Source of the DNA: Eledone cirrhosa
Taxonomy: Eukaryota
DNA length: 64,000 bases
Assembly (NCBI GenBank): GCA_964016885.1
Contig: OZ024740.1
Coordinates: forward strand, 558,001 to 622,000
Direction of reading: 5' to 3'
Shown: piece by piece, positions 58,061-64,000 of the stretch
How positions within the stretch are numbered: position 1 is the stretch's first letter
How the letters are laid out: every line of letters starts with the position of its first letter
The notes under the pieces: generated by a model
What the model saw: only the letters and a program-made list of their open reading frames with translations
Database searches by the model: none
What the model was told of the DNA's origin: nothing
Made by a program: the position numbers and the translations under genes

Positions 58061-60344
58061 CTACTATTTTTTAAGGCAATGCAAGCAACAACTATCTAAT
58101 AATTAAAAGATCATAGTGAATTACTGACAAGTGATTGACATTTTAAAGTTCTTTTGAGTATAATTGCAATCTAGTTGAGGCAACTGGCTTAATGACAAAG
58201 CTAGTAAATCATGAATGCATTTGAGATGATTAGTGCATAATAGTGAATTGGTGAAACTTGTGCATTTCAATGGTGTTACAGATAAAAACTGATACTGCTG
58301 TCTACGACCTTTATATAGGATTGTCATGTTTCTCTGTATCTGCAATGTGGGTATACAAAATAAGAATTATGATATTAACTTTTATTTAAAATCCCCAAAA
58401 ATGCTGTGCATGAAAACTTCAAAAAGTAATTCTATTTCTATTGATGACCTCTTAGTTGCTCATACTAATTTTGTAAAAGATTTCAAGCCAATAATCAGAA
58501 TGATCTGGTATAATTTTTATGCAGATAAATGACTAATTAGTATAAAGGGCCATCCAGATATCATGTGGACACCGCGAACCAAAAATGGTCACATGATATC
58601 TGGATGGCTCCTAAGCATCCCCTCCACATGGCGGAGACATGGGTCATCATCGTGGAGCACTCACCTATTTTTAAAATATTAGACTATGATAAATGAATTT
58701 AGTTAAAAATACAATTTGAAATATATTAGATTACCTCCCCTTGTAATTACCTCGTAATTACCTCCCCTAGCGTCATGCTTACTACTCACTCACTTGAACA
58801 CAAGATTTATCAGCAAACTTTGATTATAAACTTTTTCCCGCTGGACCAAATTTCTAGATTTTTAAGCCAAAAGATGCGTAATGATCTACTGTTCATGCTC
58901 ATATAAGTTTTATCTCAGTTAAATAAAGTAGAGCCGCGCTGTACTGTCATAAACAGACGATTGCCAACGAAAACACGACCACAACAATATTACTAAATGG
59001 ACTACCGTCCGTTTAGGATATATATATAAATCAATGTTCCCTATAAGCTGCATGGATCCACAGTCATATTGGTGCCATACACATCAAAAAGTTGTCATGT
59101 TGTAGCTTTTAATTGGAAATATTTTTGCTCAAAGCATCAAAAGTTCTTTTGGTTGAGAAAAATTACCTGGAATTTTGGCAGGATTCAAACTTTGAGTGTA
59201 GAGATCCTGAATAAATCTGGCCAAGCATTTTCACCTGTGCTCTAACAACACCCTTACCACTAGGCCATACGCCTCCACAAAGTAGAATAGAGTATTGTTA
59301 TTCAGATAATGGAGACACATGGCTTAGTGGTTAGAGCATTGGCCTTGCAATCGAAAGGTTGTGAGTTCAATTCTCAGACCGGGTGGTGTGTTGTTTCCTT
59401 GAGCAAGACACTTTATTTCACATTGCTCCAGTTTACTCAGCTGTAGAAATGAGATGATAGAGACAGGGGTCCTATCATTCCACTGCAAAATGGATGTGTA
59501 GGCGCCACGGAAAAAAAACACCCAGCACTCACTGTAAATGAGGTTGGTGTTAGGAAAGGCATCCAGCTGTAGAAATCAAGCCAGAATCAGTTCCCGTCCC
59601 ACCCTTGCAAGCAGGGAAAAGTGGACGTAAAATGATGATGATAACCTTTTTTATAGAAATTCTTTAAATCAGTTTAACTCTTAACATCCTGGTATTGGTT
59701 TTGCAGAAAATATCTAAAAACTTGTTTGTTAATTCAAATGGTTGTAGTATTCTTAATAGTGGACAAACTGTTGTGAAAAGAGTAAAGACTTTTTAATGTG
59801 ATGCAGTCATAGTTCTATTATATACTGTTTCAAGAGTGTATTTGTTAAAGCAGTTTCATGTGATGCAGGGTATTAAACCTTTTCGTGACCGTATTTATAA
59901 TGAACTATACACTCTCTCAATTAATTACTGCAATATTTTGATGGCTTTACTCAAATCATTAATTATTTTGTTCCTTATATAATACCTTAAAATATGGTTC
60001 TTGTATAATATGTTGAAAGATATAAATTTATCTGGGAATCGTTTGAAATGTGTGGTTTTCTTTCATTGAACCAAGGCTGGTTTTAGCTAAAACCTGTGTT
60101 GTATTTTAGATAGAATAACTGACATCATCATCATCTTTATCATTTTTATGCCTACTTTTCTGTGCTGGCCTCAGTTGGAAGAGACTGCTTTTGAGGCAGT
60201 ATTCTACTGTCAGATGCCTTTCCTTGTGTCAATACTTATCTAAAGTATGACATTTATTTCACTGATCTTCACTGGAACCACTAACTTGTAAGACATGCAC
60301 AAATGTCATCAGTTGTTTAAGCTGTGTCAATGTAAAAAAATAGT

Positions 60345-61480
60345 ATCTCTCTCTCTCTCTCTCCCCCCTCCCTCTCTCCCTCTATCTCTCTCTCCCCTCT
60401 TTCTCTCTCTCTCTCCTCTCTCCGCTCTCTCCCCTCTCTCTCGCTCTCTCTCGCTCTCTCCCCTCTCTCTCGCTCTCCCCTCTCTCTCGCTCTCTCTCTC
60501 TATCCCCCTCTCTCTCTCTCTCCCTCTCTCTATCCCCTCTCTCCCTCTCCTCCCCCCTCCCTCTCTCATATAACAGACTTCTTTATAGTTTCCATCTGTG
60601 GAATGTTACACATCAGACTTTGGTCAGCTCCTGACTGAGACTCTTCAATATAATCATCAAATGCCCCCCCCCCCCTCTTTCACTCACTACCTCCGTCTCT
60701 CTCACTCTCCCCACCTCTCTCTTTCATTCACTACTTCTGTCTCTCTCACTCTCCCCACCTCTCTCTTTCACTCACTACCTCCGTCTCTCTCACTCTCCCC
60801 ACCTCTCTCTTTCACTCACTACCTCCATCCCTCTCACTCTCCCCACTTCTCTTTCACTCACTACCTCGTCTCTCTCACTACCTCCGTCTCTCTCACTCTC
60901 CCCACCTTTCTCTTTCACTCACTACCTCCGTCTCTCTCACTCTCCCCACCTCTCTCTTTCACTCACTACCTCTGTCTCTCTCACTCTCCCCACCTCTCTC
61001 TTTCACTCACTACCTCTGTCTCTCTCACTCTCCCCACCTCTCTCTTTCACTCACTACCTCTGTCTCTCCCACTCTCCCCACCTCTGTCTCTCCCACTCTC
61101 CCCACCTCTGTCTCTCCCACTCTCCCCACCTCTGTCTCTCCCACTCTCCCCACCTCTCTCTCTCCCACTCTCCCCACCTCTCTCTCCCCCCACCTCTCTC
61201 TTTCACTCACTACCTCCGTCTCTCTCACTCTCCCCACCTCTCTCTTTCACTCACTACCTCTGTCTCTCTCACTCTCCCCACCTCTCTCTTTCACTCACCA
61301 CCTCTGTCTCTCCCACTCTCCCCACCTCTCTCTTTCACTCACTACCTCTGTCTCTCTCACTCTCCCCACCTCTCTCTTTCACTCACCACCTCTGTCTCTC
61401 CCACTCTCCCCACCTCTCTCTCTCCCCACCTCTCTCTTTCACTCACTACCTCCGTCTCTCTCACTCTCCCCACCTCTCAC
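60345..61480. repeat. CT-rich microsatellite (60345-60570) and ~45-bp CT-rich minisatellite (60675-61480)
   Basis: CTCTCTTTCACTCACTACCTC(C/T)GTCTCTCTCACTCTCCCCAC units. Confidence 0.92.
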
Positions 61481-61751
61481 TATTATATACGCCGAGGTTA
61501 GTATTGCTTTCATCTTTATGGGATCAATAAAATAAAGTACCAGTAATGTTCTGGCGTCCATTTAGTCGACTTTCCCTTTCCCTTCAAATTACTGACCTTA
61601 TCCCTAAAATAGAAACAATTATATACAAATGGGAGCACACACCCCAGCCACCCTGTGGTCCCAGCAGACAGAATGGAGAAGGTGTTTCCCCGGAGGATGG
61701 TGAGGGAGACATGTCAGCTCACGTGGCTCACACCTGCGGGTAGCCAACTCT

Positions 61752-62155
61752 GTGCCGATAGTGGTGAGTAGGGAGGTGGTCCTAGGGCCAAGGACAGCTG
61801 AAGTCTCCACTGCTAAGGGGTGCCGATAGTGGTGAGTAGGGAGGTGGTCCTAGGGCCAAGGACAGCTGAAGTCTCCACTGCTAAGGGGTGCCGATAGTGG
61901 TGAGTAGGGAGGTGGTCCTAGGGCCAAGGACAGCTGAAGTCTCCACTGCTAAGGGGTGCCGATAGTGGTGAGTAGGGAGGTGGTCCTAGGGCCAAGGACA
62001 GCTGAAGTCTCCACTGCTAAGGGGTGCCGATAGTGGTGAGTAGGGAGGGGGTCCTAGGGCCAAGGACAGCTGAAGTCTCCACTGCTAAGGGGTGCCGATA
62101 GTGGTGAGTAGGGAGGTGGTCCTAGAGCCAAGGACAGCTGAAGTCTCCACTGCTA
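61752..62155. repeat. 68-bp minisatellite x6 grown from the 3' end of the 61625 element
   Basis: Units start at 61752, 61820, 61888, 61956, 62024, 62092. Confidence 0.95.
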
Positions 62156-62452
62156 TAATAGGAAACATTTACTGTGGCATTGAACATGAAACTGTGTTAC
62201 AAAGTGAATTTCTTAACCACACAGACATGACTGGCACTGGTAATTATCTTCCAGAAGTCCTTAACTTAAATGGCTGACATGCAATAAATGAGAAAAGTAT
62301 TAAATAAAGTCTACTGAACAGATAAAAACAATTAGGGAGGGGTAAGAGAGAGAGTGTGGGGAACTTAATATTTAGCAAAAGAATATATTTCAGAGTTCAG
62401 TTTGACGCTCATATCTTTGTTTGAAGCTATTCATATAATTTCTGTCCTTCCT

Positions 62453-62757
62453 ACCCACATATATAACTGTTAAACCTCTCTGTACTTAACACACAGTCTC
62501 CCCACATATATAACTGTTAAACCTCTCTGTGCTTAACACACAGCCTCCCCACATATATAACTGTTAAACCTCTCTGTACTTAACACACAGCCTCCCCACA
62601 TATATAACTGTTAAACCTCTCTGTACTTAATACACAGCCTCCCCACATATATAACTGTTAAAGCTCTCTGTACTTAACGCACAATCTCCCCACATATATA
62701 ACTGATAAACCTCTCTGTACTTAACACACAGTCTCCCCACATATATAACTGTTAAAC
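62453..62757. repeat. ~47-bp minisatellite x6.5
   Basis: CCCACATATATAACTGTTAAACCTCTCTGTACTTAACACACAG(C/T)CTC. Confidence 0.95.
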
Positions 62758-64000
62758 TTCCTTCACATACTTCCTAATGCCAACCACCCTACATCATGTA
62801 CATGTATACATAACTGTAAACTATACAACAATTTTAAATATGACCTACATTTTACATCTGACTCGGGCATATTAAAAGCTTTATAATGCTACACTTTACA
62901 TCTGGCCCAAGCCAATTACTTGCTTTTCAGGGGTCTCATTGTTAGTACACAGGCTTCAACTGCAGCTATTGGGCCGTTGTCTTGTGCTAACAATGAAAAT
63001 AGTGTAAATATATGATTTATTTAAAAAATCAATGTAAAAAATGTGTATCCCTTAAAGTGTTCCACATGTCACCATTTTTAAATATGGTGAATTGACAAAA
63101 TCATTAGAGAACCAGATGAAGCACCTTGTGCTATTTGCTCTGGCTCTCTGCCCTCTGAATCCAATTTTCACTAGGGTTAGGGCAAGGGTCAACTTTGCTT
63201 TTTATCCATTTGGAGTTGACAGAATAAAGTTTTAATCCAGTGCAGGGTTAGATTTAGACCTTGGGGGTCCAGGGCACTTCAGGTTTGGGGGATGGTGTGT
63301 CGTACACAAATAAAAAATATACAAATTATAATGCATACCCCCCCCCCCCCATTTTACATATCAAAGTTAGTAATTAGAATTAAAAAGTTATACATAGAGG
63401 TATTAAATTAAAAATTCTAACCATCCTAAATCTAAAAAGCTCAGCTTTTAAATCCAGCCCTTGTACAGTGGATTGGTAAAATTGGTAATGCTTCAAACAG
63501 GATACCTTGTATCAGTTATGGCCCTGAATGTTCTGGGTTCAGATCAACTTCTGTCTCCAGAAAACTTGTTACTGGAGCACCCAAGAAACTTATCATGTAC
63601 AAACTCATTGTAGGTCAGCTAAACCTGTGCAGGTGTGAGCTGTAAGAACAACAATGCTCCATATGGGCTTTAATATCTTTGATATTTGTCTAAACCCTGA
63701 TTCTATCAAGATCAAAAATATTTCTTTAAAATGTCATACATTTGTTTTGTTGTGTGTTTTTTGTTGTTGTTTTTCTTACTGTCTGGCAGTTAGATATTCT
63801 CAGGGTTGCTGGCAGTAGACAACACTGCCCTCCCCTAACTACAATTGCTCCAATGTTGCATTCATATATATATACACACACGCATACACACATACATACA
63901 TACATATACACCAATGTCAGCATGGAAAAATAGATGTTAAGTGATGATATACATACGTATGTGTATGTATGCATACATAGAATTTTTAAAACTAAATAAC

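Noticed and set aside
60295-61530. Ser/Leu/Pro-rich 310-aa and Arg/Glu-rich ORFs (also 30618-30932, 38657-39100, 54193-54625)
   Set aside because: Translations of CT/TG low-complexity repeats

Overview
Eukaryotic, AT-rich, very repeat-dense genomic DNA. The SINE families, (ATC)n/(TA)n tails and RTE abundance resemble octopus/coleoid cephalopod DNA (inference, not searched). No prokaryotic operons, CRISPR arrays or rRNA genes. Main contents: a near-intact full-length Tx1/L1-clade LINE (-) nested with a SINE and a mariner fragment inside an expanded piggyBac-type MITE; a 9.4 kb 42-bp satellite; a full-length RTE LINE whose RT carries an inserted PHD-type finger, plus truncated copies; CR1 3' ends; a decayed Tigger/pogo transposon carrying a foldback MITE; a non-autonomous Helitron; tandem bipartite RTE-derived elements with a C2H2 remnant; two tRNA-derived SINE families; several foldback elements with hammerhead-like cores (Penelope-like); and many minisatellites, several visibly seeded from TE fragments. 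One good host-gene exon candidate (53274-53384, +) suggests much of the window is intronic. Most short ORFs in the track are repeat or antisense artefacts. Coordinates were read by eye; repeat boundaries are approximate.
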